A DNA stretch of 63,965 bases, filler included, from an uncultured bacterium (GCA_964449065.1; 3 parts of 3 records of this genome joined end to end with filler, not necessarily neighbours in it); one strand, 5' to 3'; counted from the whole stretch's first letter, positions 28,104 through 39,264 are shown. Notes: generated by a model from the letters alone, not told the origin. Numbers and translations are program-made.

Positions 28104-30026
28104 TTACCATGTTGTGAGGGTTGCATCCGCGTTGTCATCGAATTCTTCGAGTGTTTCTTGTGCGATTGCGGTAAATTGTTCGCAGAGTTCTTTCATGCCG
28201 TGGAAGTAGGTTTCGTAACGGGTAATTGACTTTTTAATGTTCACATCGGTAATCGCATCGGTCGCGGGGCGGTTTTCGTATTGGATGAAGGGGTGAAGGA
28301 CGCGGTCGGCCGCTTCATCCAACACGGAATAGATTTTGTGGTTTTGTACGAGGCTCACGTGGATTTGGTGGAGATGATCGATTTCTTCATCGATTAATTT
28401 GGAATCGGGAGATTTGCCGGCGGCAATCGATTTTACGGCTTCGATTTGGCTTAAGCCTTCTTCCGCTTTGGATTGCGCATACTTGAGAATGTTGAGGGCT
28501 TCTTCCAGCACAACTTTGCCTTCGTTTTGATCGACACCAAAGAAGAACCCGACCGACATTTGCAAGGTGCTGTTGATCATGCAGTCTTTCACACACACAT
28601 CTTGTATGGTTTGCGCTAATGGTTGGATTTCAGTACCTTCGATATTGGCGCCGCCTTCGGTGCTGTTAATGACCCGCGCACTGGTTTTGTGGATTTCTTC
28701 TTCAAATGAACGCAGATAGCCGAACCAGAATTTGCTGGTCGCCACGTTTCTGCCGTCATTCCCGGGCACGATGATGGGTGTGAATTCTTCCCATTCGGGT
28801 TTGTCCGCAATTAGTTCCACTTGCAATTTATTCTGTGTTTCTGTTTGTTTAATGGTTCGCTGCAATGCGGTACCGGTGGCGTGGGTTTTGCCGCCTTCGA
28901 GGGGAAAGGAGAGATCTAAGCCTGTGAGCACGATGGGATTGCAGCCTGCCATTCTGGCTAAATTGAAAGCGGTTTGCCCTACATTGGTGCCGGTTGCCAT
29001 ATAGTTCATGTCTCCAAGAGCATTGCCGAATACTTTTAGAATGCGTGAACCGGGAAGCGGAAGAATAAGTTTTGTGCTTTCAATTTGGCGCGGGATTTTA
29101 TGATAGATGCTTGGAGATACGGCGAAAATAGTTTCTCCCATATCGGCAATGTTCTCGAAGTGCTTTGAGTTTAGATACGTGGGGTCTGTGCTGACGACGA
29201 TATGGGGTTGTATGCCCAGATTCATTAGTTTTTTGTATACGGTATCAACGGCAATGAGCAAGCCACGGTCTTGGATCGCTTTCAATTGCTCAACGTTTTT
29301 ATCCAATGAGGGACCGGCGCACACGATAAATGCCGGGATGTTTTGAAAGATGCCCTGCAACGCGGACGCGGCGGGATGCTGTAATACGAGCGGGATGTTG
29401 CGGATGATGTTTTCTTGAATCATGCCGCCGAGTTGAACTTTGGTGCGCAGAATGACTTCACCGCTTTGAAGGGATTCGTTGATTTCTTGTTTGATTTCCT
29501 TGTAGTATTGTGGATTGACCGCTATGGACGCGGGATGTTCCACGATTTCCAGTCCGTTGATCACAAAGGGGGTGAGGTGATCGTTCATGAATTTGCGGAT
29601 GCCCCGCTTATCGGGAGAGGCAAGAAAGAAAACCATTTTGGTTTGCAAAAAAGGAGATAAATCGGTGTGCTGAAACACGGCATGGAGAACATCCATATCG
29701 TGTTCTATTACAGCCAAGTGTTTTAGATTGCTGTGAAAACGCTTAACCAATGCAACGGCATGGTGCATCATCCCGCAGCCGAGGATCATCAGATTGTACA
29801 TGGAGTTCAGTTCGAATGTGTTCAGCCAGCGTTCGACTTCGCGTTCGGGGTCGCGGGAACTGTGGAGTAGAAAGGTTTTGTCATCCATCGTTAAGCGAAG
29901 CGACAGCTTTCCGGTTGGGGTTTCGAATACCTCTGCCCTGCCCCCAGGATGGTAAGAACGGAGGGTATCCGCCAAGTGGGGATCGTACTCTTGAAGAAGG
30001 GTTAGGTTTGACTCAAAGAAACTCAT
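28104..30026 (-). CDS. Motility-associated factor (Maf/DUF115) glycosyltransferase-family protein
   Basis: LHSSRDP..E, AGPSLDKN, AVDT, GCNPIVLTGLDL, INSTEGGA motifs. Confidence 0.85.
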   Translation of the reverse strand: MSFFESNLTLLQEYDPHLADTLRSYHPGGRAEVFETPTGKLSLRLTMDDKTFLLHSSRDPEREVERWLNTFELNSMYNLMILGCGMMHHAVALVKRFHSNLKHLAVIEHDMDVLHAVFQHTDLSPFLQTKMVFFLASPDKRGIRKFMNDHLTPFVINGLEIVEHPASIAVNPQYYKEIKQEINESLQSGEVILRTKVQLGGMIQENIIRNIPLVLQHPAASALQGIFQNIPAFIVCAGPSLDKNVEQLKAIQDRGLLIAVDTVYKKLMNLGIQPHIVVSTDPTYLNSKHFENIADMGETIFAVSPSIYHKIPRQIESTKLILPLPGSRILKVFGNALGDMNYMATGTNVGQTAFNLARMAGCNPIVLTGLDLSFPLEGGKTHATGTALQRTIKQTETQNKLQVELIADKPEWEEFTPIIVPGNDGRNVATSKFWFGYLRSFEEEIHKTSARVINSTEGGANIEGTEIQPLAQTIQDVCVKDCMINSTLQMSVGFFFGVDQNEGKVVLEEALNILKYAQSKAEEGLSQIEAVKSIAAGKSPDSKLIDEEIDHLHQIHVSLVQNHKIYSVLDEAADRVLHPFIQYENRPATDAITDVNIKKSITRYETYFHGMKELCEQFTAIAQETLEEFDDNADATLTTW

Positions 30027-30032
30027 AGCGGC

Positions 30033-30515
30033 CTATTTAGCAGGTGTACCGGAAGACGGTTGCTGTTTTTCAATAAATCTTGTTAATTCGTCATAGAACT
30101 CATTCAAGTCTTTGAATTGCCGGTAGACGGACGCGAACCGAACATACGCGACTTGATCGAGTTCGCCCAAACGGCGCATGACATCCTCGCCGATGATTTG
30201 GCTGGGGATTTCGCGCTGCTGCATGGAAAACAAATTGTGCTCTACTTTTGCGGTTATTGCATCAATAGCTTCTTCAGAGACCGGGCGTTTTTGACAGGCA
30301 ATGCGAATGCTGCGTGAGATTTTTTTCCGGTCAAAGGGTTCGCGCCGTTCATCGCGTTTGATGACCATGAGGGGAATTTCTTCCACCCGCTCATAGGTGG
30401 TAAAGCGTTGGTTGCAGGATAGACATTCACGGCGCCGGCGAATGCTGACCCCTTCCATCATCGAACGGGAATCCACCACTTTATCGTCATTGGCTCCACA
30501 GAAGGGACATTTCAA
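30033..30515 (-). CDS. nrdR: Transcriptional repressor NrdR
   Basis: MKCPFC, RRRRECLSC, RFTTYE, VAYVRFASVY. Confidence 0.97.
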   Translation of the reverse strand: MKCPFCGANDDKVVDSRSMMEGVSIRRRRECLSCNQRFTTYERVEEIPLMVIKRDERREPFDRKKISRSIRIACQKRPVSEEAIDAITAKVEHNLFSMQQREIPSQIIGEDVMRRLGELDQVAYVRFASVYRQFKDLNEFYDELTRFIEKQQPSSGTPAK

Positions 30516-30540
30516 TTTTCGTTACCTCAAAACGAACCGG

Positions 30541-31818
30541 TTACATTGGCAATTCGCGCCAAGGTGTATACAGTGGAAATGAACCGGCCAATTCGGCGAT
30601 TTTCTTTTGGACATCCGCAATGGAAGACTCGCTTAATTTATCTTCAAGCAGCTGGGCGATACAGCCGGCGATGACTTTCATTTCTTCGGTCCCCATACCC
30701 CTTGATGTTAACGCAGGAGTGCCGATTCGTATACCACTGGTCACGAAGGGTGTTTGGGTATCAAACGGGATCATGTTTTTGTTGACGGTAATGGATGCTT
30801 TATCCAAGGCTTTTTCAACCTCTTTTCCGGTCAGACCATTATGGCCGACATCCAATAAAAGCAGGTGCGTGTCGGTTCCGCCGGATACCATTTTGATGTT
30901 GCGGTTGTGGAACTCTACTTCCAACGCTTTGGCGTTATCCAGGATTTGCTGTTGGTAGGTTTTAAATTCGGGCCGCATGGCTTCTTTAAAGGCCACGGCT
31001 TTGGCGGCGATGATGTGCATCAGCGGGCCGCCCTGGTTGCCCGGGAACAACTGCTTATCGACCGCTTTCGCGTGTTCTTGTTTGCAAAGCACCAATCCGC
31101 CGCGGGGTCCGCGAAGGGTTTTGTGGGTGGTGGTGGTTACAATATCCATGTGGGGTACCGGGTCGGGATGAAGCCCGGTGGCGACCAAACCGGAAATGTG
31201 AGCGATATCCGCCAATGCTTTGGAACCGGATTCTTTGATGATTTTTCCCAATGCTTCAAAATCGATCTGACGTGGGTAGGCGGATGCACCAAGAATGACT
31301 AGATCGGGTTTGTATTCTTCGATTTGTTTTTGGAATGTATCGTGATCAATGAGATGGGTATCTTTGGAGACACCATAGGATTGAACTTGAAAGAGGTTGC
31401 CGGAAAAGTTGACCGGGCTGCCGTGGGTTAGGTGGCCGCCTTGGGAAAGATCCAAGCCCATGATTTTGGCGCCTTGTTCAATTAGAGCGAAAAAGGCGGC
31501 CACGTTGGCTTGTGAGCCGGAATGAGGCTGAACGTTGGCGTGTTCGGCTTTGAATATTTCTTTGGCGCGGTCCCGTGCCAGATTCTCGGCGACATCGACG
31601 TACTCGCAACCGCCATAATAGCGCTTGCCGGGATAGCCTTCAGCGTATTTGTTGGTGAGGGGAGTACCGGCGGCTTCGAGAACGGCTTCGGAAACAAAAT
31701 TTTCGGAAGCGATCATTTCCAACTTATCGTTTTGGCGGTTTACTTCTTGCAGGATGGCTTTATAGATTTCGGGGTCTGTTTGTTTGACGTGTTCTAACAC
31801 AACGTTGCTCCTTACCAT
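30541..31818 (-). CDS. glyA: Serine hydroxymethyltransferase
   Basis: [36 protein letters not shown]. Confidence 0.98.
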   Translation of the reverse strand: MVRSNVVLEHVKQTDPEIYKAILQEVNRQNDKLEMIASENFVSEAVLEAAGTPLTNKYAEGYPGKRYYGGCEYVDVAENLARDRAKEIFKAEHANVQPHSGSQANVAAFFALIEQGAKIMGLDLSQGGHLTHGSPVNFSGNLFQVQSYGVSKDTHLIDHDTFQKQIEEYKPDLVILGASAYPRQIDFEALGKIIKESGSKALADIAHISGLVATGLHPDPVPHMDIVTTTTHKTLRGPRGGLVLCKQEHAKAVDKQLFPGNQGGPLMHIIAAKAVAFKEAMRPEFKTYQQQILDNAKALEVEFHNRNIKMVSGGTDTHLLLLDVGHNGLTGKEVEKALDKASITVNKNMIPFDTQTPFVTSGIRIGTPALTSRGMGTEEMKVIAGCIAQLLEDKLSESSIADVQKKIAELAGSFPLYTPWRELPM

Positions 31819-32005
31819 TACAGTTCAAAATATTTTTGGTGAAATCTTTTTAATTCTCTTCAATAAAGTCATGAATACTTGAAGGTAAATGCAATCATGA
31901 AAATTGTTTCTCTCCCTTGTTCCGGCGAGGGAAGTCTTATCGAGTATTTAAATTGAAAAGACAGTTATATCTATTTCAATATATCTTTAAACTTGACCTT
32001 TCTTC

Positions 32006-32031
32006 CGGCTCGGCGGGAGCCTCGCCTTCCC
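32006..32031 (+). repeat. REP-like repeat family A
   Basis: CGGCTCGGCGGGAGCCTCGCCTTCCC (one mismatch). Confidence 0.85.
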
Positions 32032-32068
32032 AGCATGATACAATCATCGATCTGTATTCTTGTATGTA

Positions 32069-33034
32069 TTATACCGGCTGAGATTGCTGGTACAGTGTAC
32101 CGCTTTCGTAAGCCGATATCATATTGATGCGGCGTTGATATTTTCCGCCCAGGAAATCTTCTTTGAGCCAAATATTGCAGATGGATTTCATGTCTTCAAC
32201 CGGCAGATAATCCGCGCCCAATACCAATACATTGGCATTGTTGTGCGAGCGTGAAAGTTTGGCGTGTTCGGGATTGAAGGGCAAAACCGCACGCACCATC
32301 GGTACTTTGTTGGAGGAGATCACCATCCCGTGGCCGGAGGAACAGATAAGGATTCCACGGTCGGCGCGGCCTAACGCGACTTGTTCCGATACGGCAAAGG
32401 CGTATTGTGGATGATCGCAGGAATCGGCGGAATGGGTGCCGCAATCGATGATGGGATAATCCAGCGATTCGAGATATTCGCGGATGAGGTTTTTGGACGC
32501 GTAACCGCGGTGGTCTGTACCAATAGATAATACGTATTTGCGCTCAGAGAAGAAGCGGGATTGGAAGACATCGAAGTTTTCGGCAATCGCTTCCACGGCT
32601 GCATCTATGGTTTTCGCGACTTGGGCGTAGGATTCCGCGTCGGCGCCGTACGGGTCCATGATATTGACTAAGAAGGGATCGTTGCTCACGAGAGAACCAA
32701 GCAGGCGTATTTGATCCGATTTATGGGGAAAATGCTCTTCAATATAATCGCGGTGTTGTGTTTCCATGACAAAGATGAGATGAACGTCTTCTAAAAAATC
32801 TTCATCCACTTGTTTGGAGGTAAATTCATCGAGAGAGAAGTCAAACGCTTTGGCGATTTTTTTTGCGCCATCAGAGGCCGGCATTCCCGCATTGGCTTGT
32901 ATACCTGCTGAGGATACCCGAACGTGTTGATCCATTTCTTTCCGTTGAAGTATTTTGCGGAATAAGGTTTCCGCAACCGGACTGCGGCAGGTGTTTCCCG
33001 TACAGATAAAAGCGATATGAAACGTGTCAGTCAT
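32069..33034 (-). CDS. Fusion of an LMW protein-arginine/tyrosine phosphatase (YwlE-like) and ribose-5-phosphate isomerase B
   Basis: Likely ATG at 33034; CTGNTCRS P-loop and DPYG; then GTDHRG, ICSSG, HNNAN RpiB motifs. Confidence 0.88.
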   Translation of the reverse strand: MTDTFHIAFICTGNTCRSPVAETLFRKILQRKEMDQHVRVSSAGIQANAGMPASDGAKKIAKAFDFSLDEFTSKQVDEDFLEDVHLIFVMETQHRDYIEEHFPHKSDQIRLLGSLVSNDPFLVNIMDPYGADAESYAQVAKTIDAAVEAIAENFDVFQSRFFSERKYVLSIGTDHRGYASKNLIREYLESLDYPIIDCGTHSADSCDHPQYAFAVSEQVALGRADRGILICSSGHGMVISSNKVPMVRAVLPFNPEHAKLSRSHNNANVLVLGADYLPVEDMKSICNIWLKEDFLGGKYQRRINMISAYESGTLYQQSQPV

Positions 33035-33053
33035 TTGTAACTCTAACCTGCGA

Positions 33054-34520
33054 CTAAAGTGAAGGACGCTTAAGATGATGCCGCGTTCCCTGTTGAAAGC
33101 AATGGGATATTTGAACCAGCCGCTCTTCTTGTAAAACCGGCGCAATAAATTGAATTCCTAATGGTAACCCATCCTGTGTAAACCCGCCAGGAATGGAGAT
33201 GCCGGGCAGACCGGATAAATTGAGCGGAGCGGTAAAGACATCCGAGAGATACATTTCCAAGGGATCATCCAGTTTGGCTCCTGCTGGAAACGGCGGAGAA
33301 GGCGTTGAAGGGCACAAGACCACATCCACCGTTTCAAACGCTTTGTCGAAATCCTGTTTGATTAAATTTCTTACCCGTTGCGCGCGGCGGTAATAGGCAT
33401 CATAAAACCCGGCGCTTAGAACATAGGTGCCGAGCATGATGCGGCGTTTTACTTCAGTGCCAAAGCCTTCGCTGCGGGTTTTGCAGTACATTTCGACGAT
33501 GTTCTCGTAGGGTCCCGGGCTTCGGTACCCGAAAACAACACCGTCATAGCGGGCCAAATTGCTGGAAGCTTCCGCTGTACAGATCATATAATAGGTCGCG
33601 ATCGCGTATTCGGTATGGGGTAAAGATATCTCAACGAGTTCAGCGCCTTGCGATTCAAAAAACGCTGCCGCATCATCGACCGCGCGTTTGGCCTCGGGAT
33701 TCATGCCTTCGATGGAGTACTCTTTGGGCAGGCCGATCTTTAAGCCTTTTACGTCTCGTTCTAAGTTGGCGGTATAATCCGGAACCGGTTCGTTGATGGA
33801 GGTTGAGTCGTTGGGATCCAAACCGGAGATGATCGTGAGCAATTCCGCGGCATCGCGTGCATCTTTGGTAATCGGGCCGATTTGATCCAAAGAGGACGCG
33901 AAGGCGATTAAGCCGTAGCGGGAGACTCTGCCGTAGGTGGGCTTCATGCCGGTAACGGAACAGAATGCCGCGGGCTGACGGATGGAACCGCCGGTATCTG
34001 ATCCAAGCGCGACGGTTGCTTCATCGGCGATAACGGCTGCTGTTGAGCCGCCGCTGGAGCCGCCGGGAACGCATTCGAAGTTCCAGGGATTGTTGGTTCT
34101 GCCAAAATAGGAATGTTCCGTGGATGATCCCATCGCGAATTCATCCATGATGGTTTTGCCGATGGGGATCATGCCAACATCCATCATTTTACGGACCACA
34201 GTCGCGTTGTAGGGAGGGATGAAGTTTTCCAGCATCTTGGAGGAGCAAGTGGTTTTATGACCGGCGCTGCACATGTTGTCTTTTAGGGCGACCGGAATGC
34301 CCGCCCAGGGATGGAGGGCTTCGCCTTTCGCGCGTTTTTCGTCAACGGCTGCCGCTTTTTCGATGGCTTCATCACGCAATACGGTGTGATAGGCATGGAT
34401 TTTATCTTCCACCGCGTCAACGCGGGAAATGATAGATTCCACTAACTCTTTGGACGAAAGAGACTTTTTTTGCAGTTCGGCCGAGGCTTGCCATGCTGTC
34501 AGTTGAAACGGTTCGGTCAT
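33054..34520 (-). CDS. gatA: Asp/Glu-tRNA amidotransferase subunit A
   Basis: PGGSSGGS, GSDTGGSIRQPA, SSNLARYDG, EVKRRIMLGTY. Confidence 0.97.
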   Translation of the reverse strand: MTEPFQLTAWQASAELQKKSLSSKELVESIISRVDAVEDKIHAYHTVLRDEAIEKAAAVDEKRAKGEALHPWAGIPVALKDNMCSAGHKTTCSSKMLENFIPPYNATVVRKMMDVGMIPIGKTIMDEFAMGSSTEHSYFGRTNNPWNFECVPGGSSGGSTAAVIADEATVALGSDTGGSIRQPAAFCSVTGMKPTYGRVSRYGLIAFASSLDQIGPITKDARDAAELLTIISGLDPNDSTSINEPVPDYTANLERDVKGLKIGLPKEYSIEGMNPEAKRAVDDAAAFFESQGAELVEISLPHTEYAIATYYMICTAEASSNLARYDGVVFGYRSPGPYENIVEMYCKTRSEGFGTEVKRRIMLGTYVLSAGFYDAYYRRAQRVRNLIKQDFDKAFETVDVVLCPSTPSPPFPAGAKLDDPLEMYLSDVFTAPLNLSGLPGISIPGGFTQDGLPLGIQFIAPVLQEERLVQISHCFQQGTRHHLKRPSL

Positions 34521-34715
34521 GATACATTCCCAATGAGAAAAGGGGTAATAGGTTACTATTCGTGTTCAATAACCGTTCGGACGCGGATTGATATTTTAGA
34601 AAAGAGGAACATGCAATTTGCTGCTTAATCCCAACCCAAGTTCAAGCGGTATTTTAATAAGAAATGATCAAAAACGGAGATGCAGATACTGCATTTCCGG
34701 TATTGTATCACGAAT

Positions 34716-34752
34716 TAAAAAGCCAGAAGCGGTAGAAGCAGCTTCTGGCTTT
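34716..34752 (-). terminator. Intrinsic terminator of the ribosomal/alpha operon
   Basis: AAAGCCAGAAGC-loop-GCTTCTGGCTTT stem followed by a T run on the minus strand, just after the rplQ stop. Confidence 0.75.
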
Positions 34753-34774
34753 GGAAAATACAGTTCAGGAACCC

Positions 34775-35170
34775 TTATTCTTCCGTATCATCTTCGTCTT
34801 CAAACTCTTCCGGTACGAAGCCGGTGAGTTGAATGTAAGACATAAACGCGCCGTCGTTGGCACGGGGACCGATATGGAAGATTTGGGTATAGCCGCCATT
34901 GCGCTCTTGAAACCCGGGCGCAATTTCAGAAAACAATTTAGACAAGACTTCTTTATCGCGAATGGTTCTTGCGACAAAGCGGCGCGCGTGCACTGTATCC
35001 TGCTTGGCTCTATTGATAATCGGTTCCACCACAGTGCGTAATTCTTTACTTTTTTGCAGAGTGGTTTTGATTCTTCCATGCCGGAGCAAAGAAGTGGCCA
35101 TATTTGCGAACATGGCTTCCCGGTGTGATTTGGTTCGGTTTAATTTTCTACCCCGCATCCTATGTCTCAT
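34775..35170 (-). CDS. rplQ: 50S ribosomal protein L17
   Basis: MRHR..GRKLNR..SHR, RNGGYT. Confidence 0.97.
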   Translation of the reverse strand: MRHRMRGRKLNRTKSHREAMFANMATSLLRHGRIKTTLQKSKELRTVVEPIINRAKQDTVHARRFVARTIRDKEVLSKLFSEIAPGFQERNGGYTQIFHIGPRANDGAFMSYIQLTGFVPEEFEDEDDTEE

Positions 35171-35191
35171 AATTTTACAACTCCGTTTCTC

Positions 35192-36265
35192 TTATTCTTC
35201 GTCATCATCTTCATCACCGACTACCACATCGATCAAATCGGTATCGTCTTCCAACATGGCGGGAGCGATTTCCTCGCCGGAACTTGCTTTGCCTGATTTG
35301 TATTGGGATAAATCCATCCCCAAATGCAAATTGTATTTCGTTAACACGTCTTTGATTTCGTTCAGCGACTTTTTACCGAAATTTCGGTATTTCAGCATTT
35401 CGCTTTCGGTGCGTTCCACCAGTTCGCCGACCGTTTTAATGTTGGCGGCACGCAAGCAGTTGTAGGATCGAACAGAAAGTTCCAATTCTTCCACCCCTTT
35501 GGAGAGATAGGGATTGATAGGGGTTTCTTCTTCTTGTTGGGTATCGGAAACCAGTTCGTCTTCATCCGGGAAGTGGATAAAGATAAGCAAGTGGTCTTTG
35601 AGAATCTTAGCGGCGTAAGCTAAAGAGTCTTTCGGCAAAACAGTGCCATCCGTCCATACTTCCATGATTAAGCGGTCATAGTCGGTGATATCGCCTACCC
35701 GCGCGTTTTCAACCTGATACCGTACCCGTTCAATCGGCGTAAACACCGCATCCAATAGGATCGTATTTACGGGATAGATATCCGGTTGTGGGGTATGGCG
35801 TTCGCCGGGTTGATACCCGCGTCCCACATCCACAAAGAGTTCCATTTCCAATTCGCCGTCTTTGTCTAAGGTGGCGATATGGTGTTCCGGATTCATAATC
35901 TCAATGTCGGCGTTGGATTCGATTTGGCTTGCTTTGACTTCGCCTTTTTCATTGGCGTTCAAGTATAAAGTCACCGGTCCGTTGCGGTGGTTTTTGAGCC
36001 GTATTCCTTTAATATTCAAGATAATATCGGTGACATCTTCAACCACGCCGGGAATAAAGGCGGTTTCTTGTAAAACGCTGCTGATTCGTACTGCTTTAAT
36101 GGCCGAACCTTGCACGGAGGATAACAAAACACGCCGTAATGAGTTTCCCAACGTCGTACCGAAACCGCGTTCTAATGGTTCAACTATAAACTTTCCGTAA
36201 CGGTCCGTTGATGAGGCTTCTTCCGTTTGGATACGACCGGGCATGACAACTGATTTGAACTTCAT
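35192..36265 (-). CDS. rpoA: RNA polymerase subunit alpha
   Basis: EPLERGFGTTLGNSLRR, LELSVRSYNCL, NFGKKSL; likely ATG at 36265. Confidence 0.97.
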   Translation of the reverse strand: MKFKSVVMPGRIQTEEASSTDRYGKFIVEPLERGFGTTLGNSLRRVLLSSVQGSAIKAVRISSVLQETAFIPGVVEDVTDIILNIKGIRLKNHRNGPVTLYLNANEKGEVKASQIESNADIEIMNPEHHIATLDKDGELEMELFVDVGRGYQPGERHTPQPDIYPVNTILLDAVFTPIERVRYQVENARVGDITDYDRLIMEVWTDGTVLPKDSLAYAAKILKDHLLIFIHFPDEDELVSDTQQEEETPINPYLSKGVEELELSVRSYNCLRAANIKTVGELVERTESEMLKYRNFGKKSLNEIKDVLTKYNLHLGMDLSQYKSGKASSGEEIAPAMLEDDTDLIDVVVGDEDDDEE

Positions 36266-36321
36266 GGGAAAAGATCCCCCTCTGAATTTTACCAAACTGA
36301 ATTTGATAAATCGCTTGATTG

Positions 36322-36374
36322 GTTACTGCGAATTACATTCGTTACTGCGAGTTACATTCGTTACTGCGAATTAC
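36322..36374. repeat. 19-bp tandem repeat (about 2.8 copies) overlapping the rpsD stop
   Basis: GTTACTGCGA(A/G)TTACATTC units at 36322, 36341 and 36360. Confidence 0.85.
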
Positions 36375-37000
36375 TTTGAGTACAATTCGATGATCAACTG
36401 CTCTTTGACCGGAATGCCGATTTCTTCCACCGAAGGAAGCCTCGTCATTGAGCCGGACATATCTTTCATGTTTACTTCCATCCATTCATAGCCTCCGGCG
36501 GAACGGCGAAGTTGTAAGGCTTCCGTAATCAACGGGATTTCTCTGCTCTTATCGTTGATTTCGACGGTATCACCGAGGCGGACGTGATAGGAGGGAATGT
36601 TTACCCGGATTCCATTCACTTTGATGTGGTTGTGACGGATAATTTGCCGTGCCTGCGCGCGGGAATTGGCAAATCCCATTCTGTAAATGACACTATCCAA
36701 ACGGGATTCCAGAAGTTGGAGAAGGTTTTCACCGGTAACCCCCCGGCGTCTTTCCGCTTCGTGGTAATAGCGGCGAAACTGACGTTCTAAAATCCCGTAA
36801 ATCCGTTTGGCTTTTTGCTTTTCACGCAACTGCACGCCGTAATCAGAAAGTTTGGCAGAACGTTTGCGTCCATGCATCCCCGGTGGATAGTTGCGGTTGT
36901 TGATCGGGCATTTTGCCGAAAGGCATTTTTTGCCTTTTAAGAAGAGTTTCACCCCTTCCGCTCTACATAATTTACAGTCTGGACCAGTATAACGAGCCAC
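36371..37000 (-). CDS. rpsD: 30S ribosomal protein S4
   Basis: MARYTGP.CK.CR, QLREKQK, LESRLD. Confidence 0.98.
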   Translation of the reverse strand: MARYTGPDCKLCRAEGVKLFLKGKKCLSAKCPINNRNYPPGMHGRKRSAKLSDYGVQLREKQKAKRIYGILERQFRRYYHEAERRRGVTGENLLQLLESRLDSVIYRMGFANSRAQARQIIRHNHIKVNGIRVNIPSYHVRLGDTVEINDKSREIPLITEALQLRRSAGGYEWMEVNMKDMSGSMTRLPSVEEIGIPVKEQLIIELYSK

Positions 37001-37034
37001 GTATTCTTCCTCCTGTCAATTTCGTATCTGTCAT

Positions 37035-37430
37035 TTACACACGACGCCGTTGTGGTGGCCGGCAACCATTGTGTGGAATGGGTGTAATATCTTTAATTAA
37101 ACGTATTTTCAACCCGGCAACTTGAATAGAGCGAATGGCGGCCTCTCTACCGGAACCGGGGCCTTTTACATAGACTTCCACTTCGTGAAGACCATGTTCC
37201 TTGGCTTTATCGGCGGCGGTTTGCGCCGTTACCTGGGCGGCATAAGGCGTACTTTTTCTGGACCCTTTAAAACCGGTATTGCCGGAGGTGGCCCAGGAAA
37301 TCGTGTTGCCATTCATATCCGTGATGGTCACAACGGTATTGTTAAAGGTGGCTTGGATGTACACCCGGCCTTTGGGAATATTCTTTTTGACCTTTTTCTT
37401 TGCTTTGGTACCACGAGCGGCACGAGCCAT
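37035..37430 (-). CDS. rpsK: 30S ribosomal protein S11
   Basis: [25 protein letters not shown]. Confidence 0.98.
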   Translation of the reverse strand: MARAARGTKAKKKVKKNIPKGRVYIQATFNNTVVTITDMNGNTISWATSGNTGFKGSRKSTPYAAQVTAQTAADKAKEHGLHEVEVYVKGPGSGREAAIRSIQVAGLKIRLIKDITPIPHNGCRPPQRRRV

Positions 37431-37457
37431 AGTTGTTCTCCTTACCAGTTAAAGCGA

Positions 37458-37829
37458 TTAAGATTTCTTTTTCGCGCCGATGGTTCGTTTCGGCCCTTTA
37501 CGAGTGCGGGAATTGGTACGCGTTTGCTGACCGCGGCAGGGCAACCCTTTGCGGTGGCGCAACCCGCGGTAGCAACCGATATCCATCAGCCGTTTGATGT
37601 TCATATTGACTTCCCGGCGCAAATCCCCTTCTACGATACATTCACGCTGAATGATGTTGGAAATATTGCTGATTTCTTCTTCCGTCAAATCTTTCACCCG
37701 TGTATCCAAGTTGATATTGGCAACTTGCAGTATTTTTCGGGACAATGACGGTCCAATTCCGTAGATATAGGTCAAGCCGTATTCAATGCGTTTGTCTCTG
37801 GGTAAATCCGTTCCTGCGATGCGAGCCAC
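37458..37829 (-). CDS. rpsM: 30S ribosomal protein S13
   Basis: ARIAG, IYGIG, YRGLRH..GLP.RGQ.T. Confidence 0.98.
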   Translation of the reverse strand: MARIAGTDLPRDKRIEYGLTYIYGIGPSLSRKILQVANINLDTRVKDLTEEEISNISNIIQRECIVEGDLRREVNMNIKRLMDIGCYRGLRHRKGLPCRGQQTRTNSRTRKGPKRTIGAKKKS

Positions 37830-37847
37830 GTTCTTTCCTCCTTAGGG

Positions 37848-37964
37848 TTACCCCTGACGCTGTTTGTGTTTGGGATTCTTCTTGCAAATCACACGAACAA
37901 GTCCACGACGGCGAATCACTTTGCAGTGTTCACAAATGGGTTTAGCAGAAGCTTGTACTTTCAT
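37848..37964 (-). CDS. rpmJ: 50S ribosomal protein L36 (Zn-binding type), absent from the ORF track
   Basis: Manual translation [38 protein letters not shown]. Confidence 0.97.
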   Translation of the reverse strand: MKVQASAKPICEHCKVIRRRGLVRVICKKNPKHKQRQG

Positions 37965-38006
37965 TGTATTTTTTCACCTTTAGTTGGCTTCTCTTTGTTT
38001 TGGATA

Positions 38007-38225
38007 TTACGCTTGTCTATAGGTAATTCTTCCCCGTGATAAATCGTACGGGGATAATTCTACGGTAACGGTGTCTCCGGGAAGAATGCGAATATAGTGC
38101 ATTCTCATTTTTCCGGAGATATGAGCTAACACTTTATGGCCGTTTTCTAACTCGACCCGAAACATCGCATTGGGGAGAGTTTCAACGATTTTCCCTTTGA
38201 CTTCAATGACATCTTTTTTCGCCAT
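38007..38225 (-). CDS. infA: Translation initiation factor IF-1
   Basis: [36 protein letters not shown]. Confidence 0.98.
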   Translation of the reverse strand: MAKKDVIEVKGKIVETLPNAMFRVELENGHKVLAHISGKMRMHYIRILPGDTVTVELSPYDLSRGRITYRQA

Positions 38226-38242
38226 AAACGTACCTTGTATCC

Positions 38243-39046
38243 TTAATTGACCGCCACTTCTTGTATTGGTTGTTCCAACTCTTCGGGATAGGATCGACCC
38301 GGTGCCCTTGATAATATTTTCGGTCCCTCTTCGGTGATTGCAACCATATCTTCCACATGAACAGAGGGTTTGTGATCTTTGGTTACCACTGTCCATTTGT
38401 CTTTTAACACCTTTACATCACCGGTACCAATGTTGTACATCGGTTCGATACAAATCACCATACCCGGTTTCAGCCTGGGGCCGGATCCGGGTTTGCCGTA
38501 ATTTGGGATTTGCGGGTCTTCATGCATTTTTTTCCCGACACCATGACCAACAAAATCCCGTACAATACCGTACCCATACAGTTCCGCGATTCGTTGAACC
38601 GTATAGGAAATATCGCCGACCCGTTTGCCGGCTTGCGCGACTTTGCAACCTTCGCGCAGGGCATGGTATGAACGCCTGATTAAAAGGTCTTTTTCTTCTG
38701 AAAGCGTTCCTACCCCATAGCTGCGGGCAATGTCACCCACATAACCGTTGTAAATCGCGCCGATATCCAAACTTAAAATGTCCCCATTTTTCAGTTTCCG
38801 CTTGGAGGGGAATCCATGTACAACTTGTTCGTCAATGGAAACACAAACCGAATATGGAAAGCCTTTGTATCCTTTAAAAGCCGGTACAGCACCATATCCT
38901 TTGAGTGTTTTCTCCACCAGAATATCGATTTCGATAGTCGGGAGCCCCGGTTCTACCATCTCGATGATTTTTTGGTGTACTTCCGAAACCAGATCCGCAC
39001 TTTCTTGAATTTTCTCAATTTCTTTGACGGACCGTAGATGTATCAT
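38243..39046 (-). CDS. map: Methionine aminopeptidase type I
   Basis: [32 protein letters not shown]. Confidence 0.96.
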   Translation of the reverse strand: MIHLRSVKEIEKIQESADLVSEVHQKIIEMVEPGLPTIEIDILVEKTLKGYGAVPAFKGYKGFPYSVCVSIDEQVVHGFPSKRKLKNGDILSLDIGAIYNGYVGDIARSYGVGTLSEEKDLLIRRSYHALREGCKVAQAGKRVGDISYTVQRIAELYGYGIVRDFVGHGVGKKMHEDPQIPNYGKPGSGPRLKPGMVICIEPMYNIGTGDVKVLKDKWTVVTKDHKPSVHVEDMVAITEEGPKILSRAPGRSYPEELEQPIQEVAVN

Positions 39047-39264
39047 TATTGATTGATATCTTATTCTTAAAATTCGTTCGTTTTAGAACCGCACAAAATT
39101 TCGGAGAGGCCTAAATAGTATATACTTACCGGCTTGAAGCCGGTGCTTCCCGTCTATTTAACTCTAAAACGTTCTCGTTTAAAAATAGTCTAAAAATAAC
39201 CGAAGCTTAACATTCTAGCAAGAACTCAAAAGAATTAAAGCTATCTTTAGTTGTTTTTTTTCTA

